NCBI GenBank assembly: GCA_051884385.1
Contig: JBJEVN010000020.1
Span: 12,710-76,709, forward strand
DNA: 64,000 bases
Direction of reading: 5' to 3'
DNA from: Akkermansia sp.
GTDB taxonomy: Bacteria > Verrucomicrobiota > Verrucomicrobiia > Verrucomicrobiales > Akkermansiaceae
The position numbers and the translations under genes were made by a program. The number at the start of each line of letters is the position of its first letter. The stretch's first letter is position 1. The notes under the pieces were generated by a model. The model made no database searches and was not told the DNA's origin. It worked only from the letters and a program-made list of their open reading frames with translations. This document shows, in pieces, positions 7,310 to 15,545 of this stretch.

Positions 7310-7716
7310 GGCTGCACCTCCTGTTCTTCCTCCTCCGCCGGCGGCAGCGCAAGCAGTTCTTCCGCGCGCAGAACGGCCGAATCGCGCACCGGCGGCTCGG
7401 GGGGCGGCAGTTCCTCCGGTCGGAGCTCACGCCGGAGCGGCAGGCTTTCCTCCTCGGCAAAATCGGGGTCGTGCGCCCAGGGTTGCAGCAGGGAAAGCGG
7501 GCATATCTGCCGCAGTTCCGAGCGTGTTTGCTCGTTGGTGAGGTAGGTGACGCGCCCCACGCCCAGGGGTCGCGGGGTGGTGGGGCTCTGCACGGGCACC
7601 CACCCCATGAGGGCAAAGACCAGGAGGAACGCGCCGATGACAAAGAGCGGCAGGCAGCCGTGCGCCGGGCGTTTGTAGCGCGAGTGGAAGGTCAGGTCTT
7701 TTTCCTTGTCCGGCAT
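7306..7716 (-). CDS. single-pass membrane protein with a Pro/Glu-rich tail (TonB N-terminus-like, no TonB C-terminal domain)
   Basis: TM segment LPLFVIGAFLLVFALMGWV followed by PEELPPPEPP...PPAEEEEQEVQP. Lies 10 nt downstream of the exbD-like gene. Confidence 0.5.
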   Translation of the reverse strand: MPDKEKDLTFHSRYKRPAHGCLPLFVIGAFLLVFALMGWVPVQSPTTPRPLGVGRVTYLTNEQTRSELRQICPLSLLQPWAHDPDFAEEESLPLRRELRPEELPPPEPPVRDSAVLRAEELLALPPAEEEEQEVQP

Positions 7717-7726
7717 GGTGGGGCGA

Positions 7727-8158
7727 TTAGTCCCAGGCGGGGACGGCGGCGTAGTTGCAGTTGAAGCCGCGCGCGAGCACGCGGTCGATGAGCTGTTGCA
7801 CCACGCCGGAGGGGGCGGCCTTGTCCGCGACGAGCACGACGGTGGTTTGCCCGGGCTTGTCGGCCTGCCACTGCGCCATGCGCTCCTCGAAGCCGCGCAG
7901 CCCGCCGGGAATCAGCTCGGCGCCCTCGTAGAGGCGGCATTCATCGCCCGCCGCAACGGAGATGATGTGAGTGTTGCTGCGGTCGTAGGCGCCCATGACG
8001 AAGTGCGAGCCCTCGGGGCGCACCTGCACCCCGTAGCGCGGGGTCATGTGGCGCGGCAGCAGTACGCAGACGCAGAGAGCCAGCATCATGCTCACGGAGG
8101 CCACCACGATGATGGCTAAACCGCTGTTGTCATTGAGTCGGGAACGGATGCGACGCAT
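7727..8158 (-). CDS. ExbD/TolR-family biopolymer transport protein
   Basis: MRRIRSRLNDNSGLAIIVVASVSMMLALCV, then a periplasmic domain ...TVVLVADKAAPSGVVQQLIDRVLARGF. The track ORF (to 8464) is over-extended; start set at ATG 8158. Confidence 0.75.
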   Translation of the reverse strand: MRRIRSRLNDNSGLAIIVVASVSMMLALCVCVLLPRHMTPRYGVQVRPEGSHFVMGAYDRSNTHIISVAAGDECRLYEGAELIPGGLRGFEERMAQWQADKPGQTTVVLVADKAAPSGVVQQLIDRVLARGFNCNYAAVPAWD

Positions 8159-8180
8159 GGCGGCGAAGGGGGGCGTTCGT

Positions 8181-8873
8181 TCAGGCGGGCTCGCTGTTCT
8201 CCTCCGGCTCGCGCGCAGCGCAGCAGCAGGCGCGGGGCTGCTTGGGCTCCGACGCGGCGGCGGCCTCGCGCAGATCGCAGATGATGTGGACGCACTCCAA
8301 CCCGGCGCGCTCGACGTTGTTGACGATTTTGCGCGCGCGCGCCGAAAGGTAGGTGTAGAACAAATAGGTGGGAATAGCCAGCGCCACGCCCGTGGCGGAG
8401 AGCAGCAGCGCCTGCTGCACGGTGGCGGCCACGGCGGGCAGCGCGGCCGAGCCGTCGATGACACCGGGCTGCTCGTAGAAGCGCACGAGGGTCAGCAGGG
8501 TGCCCAAAATGCCCAGCAGGGGCATGGCCACGGCGCAGGCGACCAGCGTGCGGATGTTGCGCTCGATGCGGTAGACCTCGAGCTCGGCCGCCTCCATGGC
8601 GATTTCGCGCAGTTCGGCGCGCTCCAGCCGGTTGTGCGGCAGTACGGACTCGACCACGCGCGCCATGGGGCCGGGCAGGCGGCGCGCCTCGTGCAGCGCC
8701 TCGTCATAGGCGCCGGAGCGCAGCAGCGCGGAGAGCCCGCGCAGGAAATCGCCGCTGTTGATGTTGACGCGGTGGAAGTAGAACAGGCGCTCGGCCACCG
8801 CCGCCAGAGCCAGGGCGGCAAAGAAGATGATGAGCCAGAAAATCGGCCCCATGATGCTACTCATTTCGCTCAT
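8181..8873 (-). CDS. MotA/TolQ/ExbB proton-channel family protein
   Basis: Three TM segments and the conserved AVAMPLLGILGTLLTLV...ALLLSATGVALAIPTYLFYTYL region. Confidence 0.85.
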   Translation of the reverse strand: MSEMSSIMGPIFWLIIFFAALALAAVAERLFYFHRVNINSGDFLRGLSALLRSGAYDEALHEARRLPGPMARVVESVLPHNRLERAELREIAMEAAELEVYRIERNIRTLVACAVAMPLLGILGTLLTLVRFYEQPGVIDGSAALPAVAATVQQALLLSATGVALAIPTYLFYTYLSARARKIVNNVERAGLECVHIICDLREAAAASEPKQPRACCCAAREPEENSEPA

Positions 8874-8896
8874 ATGCCGTCAGCGGGGTGGTGGGT

Positions 8897-10180
8897 TCAG
8901 GCCTTGGGGCAGATGCTCTCGGCTCCGAAGTAGGGTACGAGGGCGGCGGGAATCTTCACCGAGCCATCGGGCTGCTGGCATTGCTCCAGCAGGGCGACGT
9001 AGAGACGCGGCAGCGCCGTGCCCGAGCCGTTGAGGGTGTAGGGCACGCGGATCTTACCCTCGGCATCTTTGTAGCGCAGCTTCATGCGGCGCGCCTGGTA
9101 GTCCGTGAAGCAGGAGCAGGAGGAGACCTCCAGGTACTTGCCCTGCCCCGGCGCCCAGACCTCAATGTCGTAGGTCTTGGCGGAGGAGAAGCCCACATCG
9201 CCCGTGCAGAGCTCGATGACGCGGTAGTGCAGCCCGAGCTTCTGCAAAATACTCTCGGCGTGCGAGGTGAGTTTCTCAAGTTCCTGCCAGCCGTCCTCGG
9301 GCTTGCAAATTTCTACCAGTTCCACCTTGTCAAACTGGTGGACGCGAATCATCCCCTTGTTCTCGCGCCCGGCGGAGCCGGCCTCGCGGCGGAAGCAGGG
9401 GGTGTAGGCTGTCATTTTGACGGGCAGCTCGCTCTCGCGCAGAATTTGCTCGCGGCAGAGGTTGGTGACGGGAACCTCGGCGGTGGGCACCATGAACATA
9501 CTGTTGTCCTCCAACCCGTACATGTCTTCCTCGAACTTGGGCAGCTGCCCCGTGCCGTACATGCACTCGCGGCGCACCATGAAGGGCACGCCCACCTCCT
9601 GATAGCCGTTCTCGAGGGTCTGCGTGTCGAGCAGGAAGTTGATGAGCGCGCGCTCCAGGCGAGCGCCGAGCCCGCGGTAGACGATGAAGCCGCTGCCGGC
9701 GATGCGGGCGGCGTCCTCGAAGTTGAGCAGCCCCAGCCGCGTGCCGATGGCAACGTGATCCTGCGGGTGGTCGATGGCGGGCTTGCTGCCCCATTGGCGC
9801 AGCTCGGGGTTGGCGCTCTCATCTGCGCCGACGGGGGCACCGTCGTGCGGCATGTTGGGGATGGAGAGCAGCAGCTTTTCCTGCTCCTCGGCGGCGGCGC
9901 TCGCCACGGCGTCGAGCTCGCGGATGCGCTCGCCCACGGTGCTCATGCGCTTCTTGAGCTCTTCGGCTTCCTCGCGGCGGCCTTCCTTCATCATCTGGCC
10001 GATGAGCTTGGAGGAGCTGTTGCGCTCTTGGGAAAGGGCTTGTTTTTCGGTCTCGGCGTTGCGGCGCTTCACATCACACTCCAGCACCTGATCCACCAAC
10101 TTCCAGTGCTCACCGCCGCGCAGGCGCACGCGCTCTTTGACGTATTCCGGCTTTTCGCGGACAACACGAATATCTAGCAT
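8897..10180 (-). CDS. serS: seryl-tRNA synthetase
   Basis: N-terminal coiled-coil arm and class II motifs (FRREAGSAGRENKGMIRVHQFDKVE, GSGTALPRLYVALLE). Confidence 0.95.
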   Translation of the reverse strand: MLDIRVVREKPEYVKERVRLRGGEHWKLVDQVLECDVKRRNAETEKQALSQERNSSSKLIGQMMKEGRREEAEELKKRMSTVGERIRELDAVASAAAEEQEKLLLSIPNMPHDGAPVGADESANPELRQWGSKPAIDHPQDHVAIGTRLGLLNFEDAARIAGSGFIVYRGLGARLERALINFLLDTQTLENGYQEVGVPFMVRRECMYGTGQLPKFEEDMYGLEDNSMFMVPTAEVPVTNLCREQILRESELPVKMTAYTPCFRREAGSAGRENKGMIRVHQFDKVELVEICKPEDGWQELEKLTSHAESILQKLGLHYRVIELCTGDVGFSSAKTYDIEVWAPGQGKYLEVSSCSCFTDYQARRMKLRYKDAEGKIRVPYTLNGSGTALPRLYVALLEQCQQPDGSVKIPAALVPYFGAESICPKA

Positions 10181-10189
10181 AGCGAGGTT

Positions 10190-10217
10190 ATTCTAGCGCA
10201 TACGCAAACGGGTTCAA
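10190..10217 (-). promoter_or_regulatory. promoter: TTGAAC, 16 nt, TAGAAT, then 9 nt to the serS ATG
   Basis: Minus-strand -35 at 10217-10212 and -10 at 10195-10190. Confidence 0.5.
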
Positions 10218-10319
10218 GCCCAAAATGTGCCCTGCCGTCCGCGATGGCAGAAAAGGGGGCGCCGCAACGCTGTAGCGCTCTCGGAACGGGCTGTTTTACG
10301 CGGCGGGGGCACTTTGGGC

Positions 10320-10348
10320 TTGCGTTCCCGCGCGGGTAGGACTATGCT
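10320..10348 (+). promoter_or_regulatory. promoter: TTGCGT, 17 nt, TATGCT, then 6 nt to ATG at 10355
   Basis: -35 at 10320-10325 and -10 at 10343-10348. The spacer contains CCCGCGCGGG (10327-10336). Confidence 0.5.
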
Positions 10349-10354
10349 GCGGGC

Positions 10355-10792
10355 ATGAGTCGGATTTCAGAAGAGCAGTTGGAGAAGGTGCGCGCCTGGG
10401 CGGCGCAGGGGATTGATTTGAACGGTATCCAAAAAAATCTTGCGGCGGAGTGCGGGGTACACATGACCTATATGGATCTGCGTTTCCTGCTGCTGGATTA
10501 CGGCATTGAGATTGCCACCGCGCCGGAGCCCGCCCCGGCTCCCGAACCGCCCGCCGAGGAGGTCTCCCCGGCGGAGGAGGCGCCCGCCACCGTGCAGGTC
10601 ACGCTGGATGAGCTGCAGCTGCCGGGGGCGCTGGTGTCGGGCAAGGTGCTGTTCCCGAGCGGCACGCGCTGCTCGTGGATGATTGACCGCATGGGAGCGC
10701 TGAGCTGGCTCGAGAAGAACGGCGAGCCCACGCCGGAGGAGCTGCGCGCTTTCCAAACCGAGCTGATGCAGAAGTTGCAGGGCATCATGTAA
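10355..10792 (+). CDS. hypothetical protein (145 aa) with a Pro/Ala/Glu linker
   Basis: The ATG sits exactly 6 nt after a -10 hexamer. Codon bias looks coding. No family recognised. Confidence 0.55.
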   Translation: MSRISEEQLEKVRAWAAQGIDLNGIQKNLAAECGVHMTYMDLRFLLLDYGIEIATAPEPAPAPEPPAEEVSPAEEAPATVQVTLDELQLPGALVSGKVLFPSGTRCSWMIDRMGALSWLEKNGEPTPEELRAFQTELMQKLQGIM

Positions 10793-10824
10793 ACCCGCCA
10801 CTTCATCGTTTGTTTTTACCCGCC

Positions 10825-10862
10825 TGCCCCGCACGCTCGTGTCGGCGGGGCATGTTTGTGTC
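10825..10862 (+). terminator. putative rho-independent terminator
   Basis: 8-bp stem TGCCCCGC (10825-10832) with GCGGGGCA (10845-10852), followed by TGTTTGTGT. Confidence 0.4.
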
Positions 10863-10892
10863 TTGGCACCGCGCGGCGGGCTGTGGTAGAAT
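10863..10892 (+). promoter_or_regulatory. promoter: TTGGCA, 18 nt, TAGAAT, then 6 nt to ATG at 10899
   Basis: -35 at 10863-10868 and -10 at 10887-10892. Confidence 0.5.
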
Positions 10893-10898
10893 GGGGGC

Positions 10899-11969
10899 AT
10901 GCACGGGGAATCGTCGGAACGTTGGGTGGGGCTGGATGCGCTGCGCGGGGCGGATATGCTGCTGATCACGGGCTTGGATGTGCTGTGTTGGCACTTGGCG
11001 CGGCTGTTCCCGGAGAACGGGGTGCTACAGGGGCTGGGGCGGCAGATGGGGCATGTGACGTGGGAGGGTTTTTCGGTGTATGATGGGGTTTTCCCGCTGT
11101 TTGTGTTTCTCTCGGGGGTGTCGCTGTGCCTGTCGCTGCGGCGCAGCGGGGCATCGTGGGGGCGCTGGCGGCGCCTGCTGCGGCGGGCGCTGCTGCTGGT
11201 GATGCTGGGGTGGGCGGTGAACGGGGCGGTGACGCTACACCCGGCGAGTATGCGCTTTGCGTCGGTGCTGGGGCTCATCGGGCTGGCGGGTTGGGCGGCG
11301 GGCTCAGTGGTGATGGCGCTGCGCGGGAGGGCGCTGCCGGTGGCGGCGGTGGCGCTGCTGCTCTTGGCGGGGGTGGGGGCGGCGCAGGCTTGGGGCGGGG
11401 ATCTGACGCCTGCGGGCTGTGTGAATGCACGGGTGGATGCCCTGCTCTGCCCCGGGAGGCTGCATCTGGGCTGTTTGGACCCGGAGGGGCCGCTCTGCAT
11501 CGTGTCGGCCACGGGGCTGTGCCTGCTGGGTTGGCTGGCGGGGCATGGGCTGGCGGGGACGCCGCGTCCGACGGCACGCCGCTGCCTGCTGCTCGCGGCT
11601 GTCGGGGCGGCGGCGGCAGCGGCGGGGCTCTGCCTGCCCTGCATCAAGAATATCTGGACGCCCGGTTTTGTGCTGCTGACGGCGGGGGCGGGGGCGCTGC
11701 TACTGGCCGGCGCGGAACTGCTGTGCGAGGTGGCGGGGCTGCGGGCTTGGGCGCTGCCGCTGCGGGCGGTGGGCTGCAACGCGCTGCTGCTCTACCTGCT
11801 CACGCATGTGCTCGATGTGTACGGCTTGGCTGAGCGCCTGAGCTGCGGGCTGTGGGGGCTGCTGCTGCCGTCCGCGGCGCTGCCCGCAGCCTATGCCGCC
11901 ACGGTGACGTCGGGGGTGGTGGCGCTGGCGCTCTTGCTATACCGCCGCGGCATCGTCATCCGCTTGTGA
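10899..11969 (+). CDS. polytopic membrane protein, DUF1624/DUF5009 (heparan-alpha-glucosaminide N-acetyltransferase-like)
   Basis: The N-terminal ERWVGLDALRGADMLLI motif and multiple TM segments fit the acyltransferase-like membrane family. Confidence 0.55.
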   Translation: MHGESSERWVGLDALRGADMLLITGLDVLCWHLARLFPENGVLQGLGRQMGHVTWEGFSVYDGVFPLFVFLSGVSLCLSLRRSGASWGRWRRLLRRALLLVMLGWAVNGAVTLHPASMRFASVLGLIGLAGWAAGSVVMALRGRALPVAAVALLLLAGVGAAQAWGGDLTPAGCVNARVDALLCPGRLHLGCLDPEGPLCIVSATGLCLLGWLAGHGLAGTPRPTARRCLLLAAVGAAAAAAGLCLPCIKNIWTPGFVLLTAGAGALLLAGAELLCEVAGLRAWALPLRAVGCNALLLYLLTHVLDVYGLAERLSCGLWGLLLPSAALPAAYAATVTSGVVALALLLYRRGIVIRL

Positions 11970-11975
11970 AGAGCA

Positions 11976-12009
11976 CCGCCCCCGCGGCGCCGAAGCGCTG
12001 CGGGGGCGG
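11976..12009. terminator. GC-rich hairpin between convergent genes (15-bp stem, CGAA tetraloop)
   Basis: CCGCCCCCGCGGCGC, loop CGAA, GCGCTGCGGGGGCGG, with one G-U pair. The flanking T-runs are weak. Confidence 0.45.
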
Positions 12010-12029
12010 CGTTGTCGCTGCGCGTGGGC

Positions 12030-13256
12030 TCAGCGAGCGACACTCAGGCTCTCGGCCTGCTCGCGGGTGAGCTCGATGCACTGCCAGGGCAGCCCGTAGC
12101 GGTTGAGCGCGTCCATGAAGGGGTCGGGGTCGTTCTGCTCCATGTTGTAGACGCCCGCGCCGCTCCAGGTGCCGGAGAGAATCATGCGCCCGCCGATGGC
12201 GGCGGGGACGCCGGTGGTGTAGGAGATGGCCTGCGAGCCGACCTCGGCAAAGCACTGCTCGTGGTCGCAGATGTTGTAGATGTAGACGGCTTTGTATTGC
12301 CCGTCTTTCTTGCCCTGGATGACGCAGCCGATGCAGGTGCGCCCGTGGGTGGTCTTGCCCAGCTCGCCGGGGTCGGGCAGCACGGCCTTGAGGAATTGCA
12401 GGGGAACAATCTCCACGCCCTTGTAGAGGACGGGGTCGATGCGAGTCATACCCACGTTCTTGAGCACGGTGAGGTGGTTGATGTAGTTGGGCGAGAAGCT
12501 CATCCAGAACTGCGCGCGACGGATGGTGGGGATGTGCTTGACGAGGGATTCCATCTCCTCGTGGTACATGCGGTAGATTTCGTAGGTGCCCACGCCCTCC
12601 GGGCAGGTGAAGGCCCGGTGCTTGCTCATGGCGGGGGTCTCTTGGAAAGCGCCCTGCTCCCAGTGGCGGCAAGGGGCGGAGACCTCGCGGATGTTGATTT
12701 CGGGGTTGAAGTTGGTGGCGAAGGCCTGCCCGTGGTCGCCGCCGTTGACGTCGATGATGTCGAGGTACGCAATCTCGTCAAAATGGTGCTTGAGCGCCCA
12801 GGCGGTGTAGACGTTGGTCACGCCGGGGTCGAAGCCGGAGCCCATCAGCGCGTAGAGCCCGGCGGCTTTGTAGCGCTCTTGGTAGGCCCACTGCCATTTG
12901 TACTCGAATTTGGCGACGTCGCGCGGCTCGTAGTTGGCGGTGTCCATGTAGTTCACCCCGGCTTCGAGGCAGGCGTCCATGAGGGGGAGGTCCTGGTAGG
13001 GCAGCGCTACGTTGAGCAGCAGGTCGGGCTTGAGCTCGCGCAGCAGCGCCACGGTGGCGGGCACATCATCGGCATCAATCGCGTGGGTGGTGATGCGCAC
13101 GCCCTCGCGCGCCAGCACATCGGCCGCGATGGCATCGCACTTGCTCTTGGTGCGCGAGGCGAGATGAATCTCGTGGTACACGTCGCTCATCTGCGCGCAC
13201 TTGTGGGCGACCACATGCCCCACACCACCGGCTCCGATAATGAGTACTTTGTTCAT
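12030..13256 (-). CDS. saccharopine dehydrogenase-family protein, carboxynorspermidine synthase/dehydrogenase-like
   Basis: MNKVLIIGAGGVGHVVAHK Rossmann motif. Length and internal motifs (GSGFDPGVTNV, FNPEINIRE) match the CANSDH type. Start set at 13256. Confidence 0.8.
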   Translation of the reverse strand: MNKVLIIGAGGVGHVVAHKCAQMSDVYHEIHLASRTKSKCDAIAADVLAREGVRITTHAIDADDVPATVALLRELKPDLLLNVALPYQDLPLMDACLEAGVNYMDTANYEPRDVAKFEYKWQWAYQERYKAAGLYALMGSGFDPGVTNVYTAWALKHHFDEIAYLDIIDVNGGDHGQAFATNFNPEINIREVSAPCRHWEQGAFQETPAMSKHRAFTCPEGVGTYEIYRMYHEEMESLVKHIPTIRRAQFWMSFSPNYINHLTVLKNVGMTRIDPVLYKGVEIVPLQFLKAVLPDPGELGKTTHGRTCIGCVIQGKKDGQYKAVYIYNICDHEQCFAEVGSQAISYTTGVPAAIGGRMILSGTWSGAGVYNMEQNDPDPFMDALNRYGLPWQCIELTREQAESLSVAR

Positions 13257-13334
13257 GGCGCGCCAAGAGTGCCGCAAAGCGCTCTTTTAGTCAAGGATAA
13301 AGCGCTTCGCGCCCCGAAATTCGGGATGGCATTA

Positions 13335-13363
13335 TTGACACAAAATCGAAATCATGTTAGCAT
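13335..13363 (+). promoter_or_regulatory. promoter: TTGACA, 17 nt, TAGCAT
   Basis: -35 at 13335-13340 and -10 at 13358-13363, in an AT-richer intergenic region. The first downstream ATG is at 13400. Confidence 0.5.
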
Positions 13364-13438
13364 CAGCGAGCAGTCATCATACGACTAGACCCTTTTTTCA
13401 TGAAAGCGACTCAACATCAATCTATTGATGCGCAAATA

Positions 13439-13445
13439 GGGGGGG
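13439..13445 (+). repeat. homopolymeric G7 tract
   Basis: Seven consecutive G between ATG 13400 and the conserved start of the acyltransferase frame. One extra G would join the two frames. Confidence 0.9.
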
Positions 13446-13503
13446 TAATACAGAAACTAAAACTCTGAGTTCCGCCTCTCCGTTTCTCGCGCATATCGGC
13501 GGC

Positions 13504-15528
13504 TTGCGCGGGTTGGCAATCCTGCTGGTGGTGATGTTCCACCTCGATGCTCGGGTGTTTCCCTGCTGTTTTTACGGGGTAGATGTCTTTTTGGTCATCA
13601 CGGGCTATCTGCTCTTTCGGAGCATGAGTCGCTTGGAGACGACCGGGCGCGACCGATACGCCTCGATGGGGCGCTTTTGCTACAGGAAGTTGCAGCGTAT
13701 CATGCCGCCGGTGGCGGCGGTCATGCTGCTCACCATGCTGGTCGGCATTGTCCTGCTGGACGAACGGGTGCTGTCGGATGCCTGTCGCTTGGCACGCTAC
13801 ACCCTCTTCGGCGTGCCGAACATTCATCTCGCGAAGCGCGCGGCAGATTATTTCGCAGCCGGTGATCTCGAGACACCGTTCATGCCCATGTGGTACATCG
13901 GCGTCACGCTACAGGTGTACTTGCTGTTCCTCTTGGGCAAAATCATGTATGATCGCCTGCCGGGCTCTTGGCGACGCGGGGCATTGCTTCTGCTCGGGCT
14001 TGCGTCGCTGGCGCTGTGCTACAGCATGAATCTGCACGACGGGCTCGCGGCCCTCGGCCTGCCGACTTGGCATCAGGAGGCGGCTCCCTCCTACTTCGAG
14101 ACGCTGCCGCGCCTGTGGGAGGTGCTGGCCGGGGGGCTCGTTTGCGTGTTGCCGGCCGTGTCCTCGCGTCGTGTTGCCTCCCTGCTGTGCGGTGCTGGCG
14201 TGGCGGCGATTCTACTGCCTGCTCTGCTGTTGCGCGAGCAATCGACAGCGCTCTTTCCCCTGATTGTGGGCGGCACGGTTGCCGTCATCCGCTACACGCC
14301 CGGCAGCCTGTTGGCTTCTCTGCTTGGGAACAAACTTCTTTTGGCCATCGGGGGGCTTTCGTTCTCGCTGTATCTGGTGCACATGCCTGTCTTTGAGTGC
14401 TACAGGAGCTGGCTGGGCGTGAGCCCTTCGACCGCAGATGCTGCCCTGATGCTTCTGCTCGCGGCGCTGCTGAGCATCCTGTGTTGGTTTGTCGTGGAAA
14501 AACGTCGTCTGTCTTACTGCATTTGGGTGCCGCTCTATCTGCTGACCTTGCTCGTCAGTATCGCTGGCAAGAAAACGGACGGCTTTGCCTGCCTCCGCCC
14601 GACCCCGGCGGGGGTGGAGCTTTTGTCGGCCTACCATGACTGGTCCACGGCCGATCCGCGTTTTTATCAGCAGGCTTTCGAGGCAGAGAGCATCTGCTAC
14701 CACAACGGTGTGTTCGATCTGATGGAGCTCCCCATCGACAAGCACGCGTCCGACCGCCCGGTTCTTTGCCTGGGGGACGGAAACGCTGCGCCGACCTTCG
14801 TGCTACTCGGCGACAGCCATGCGCAGGCATCCTACGCCGGGTTGGATGCTTTTTGCAAGGAACACCATCGGGCCGGTGTGTATCTGACAACGATTTTCTC
14901 GCCCTTCCGCAACAGGATGGTGCCATCGTTCGGATTCCCCTACTATTGCAATCGGGAAAAAGTTGAAGCCATCGAACGCTGGCTCGCCGCTAACCCGCAC
15001 ATTCAGCAGGTGGTGGTGGCGACTTTCTGGGAACAGCGCATGCAGCGCAATCGGCACGACTGGAATGGCCAGCCCGCGGATATGTCAACAGAGGCGCAAA
15101 CGGCCTGTCTGCGCGAATTCCTGCAGCACATGCAGGCGCTCGGCAAGCAAACGATTCTCCTTCTTCCCTATCCCCGCTTCGACAGGAATCCGCTGAAGCA
15201 TGTGCGATGGCTCATCCGACGCGGCAAGGGACTTCACGAATTTTCCGAGGCGATCACGCAAACAAAGGAGGAGTACGAGCGGTATAACCGCACCTCCCTG
15301 CACATGCTGAGGCAAATGGAGGCCGAGGGTCTGTGCATGCTGGTTGATCCCTGCGACAATCGTCCCGACGCGACCCGATTCTGCGCCGTGGAGGATGGGG
15401 TTCTCCTGTTCAAGGACAGTGATCACCTGTCCGTCCGGGGCTCCGTCTCGTTCATGCGCAGCATGGCGCCGCAACTGCTCCGCCTCCTGCCGGAGGCGAC
15501 ACGTGCCCCCGAAGAGCCGAACAACTAA
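13504..15528 (+). CDS. OafA-like O-acetyltransferase (acyltransferase_3 membrane domain plus C-terminal SGNH-like domain); 5' end unresolved
   Basis: GLRGLAILLVVMFH...GVDVFLVITGYLL with about 10 TM segments, then a C-terminal LLGDSHAQA (SGNH block I-like). The conserved sequence PFLAHIGG lies upstream of the track's TTG start, in the same frame but without an ATG or GTG. Confidence 0.8.
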   Translation: MRGLAILLVVMFHLDARVFPCCFYGVDVFLVITGYLLFRSMSRLETTGRDRYASMGRFCYRKLQRIMPPVAAVMLLTMLVGIVLLDERVLSDACRLARYTLFGVPNIHLAKRAADYFAAGDLETPFMPMWYIGVTLQVYLLFLLGKIMYDRLPGSWRRGALLLLGLASLALCYSMNLHDGLAALGLPTWHQEAAPSYFETLPRLWEVLAGGLVCVLPAVSSRRVASLLCGAGVAAILLPALLLREQSTALFPLIVGGTVAVIRYTPGSLLASLLGNKLLLAIGGLSFSLYLVHMPVFECYRSWLGVSPSTADAALMLLLAALLSILCWFVVEKRRLSYCIWVPLYLLTLLVSIAGKKTDGFACLRPTPAGVELLSAYHDWSTADPRFYQQAFEAESICYHNGVFDLMELPIDKHASDRPVLCLGDGNAAPTFVLLGDSHAQASYAGLDAFCKEHHRAGVYLTTIFSPFRNRMVPSFGFPYYCNREKVEAIERWLAANPHIQQVVVATFWEQRMQRNRHDWNGQPADMSTEAQTACLREFLQHMQALGKQTILLLPYPRFDRNPLKHVRWLIRRGKGLHEFSEAITQTKEEYERYNRTSLHMLRQMEAEGLCMLVDPCDNRPDATRFCAVEDGVLLFKDSDHLSVRGSVSFMRSMAPQLLRLLPEATRAPEEPNN

Positions 15529-15545
15529 GACTGCGCTGCCGGGTG

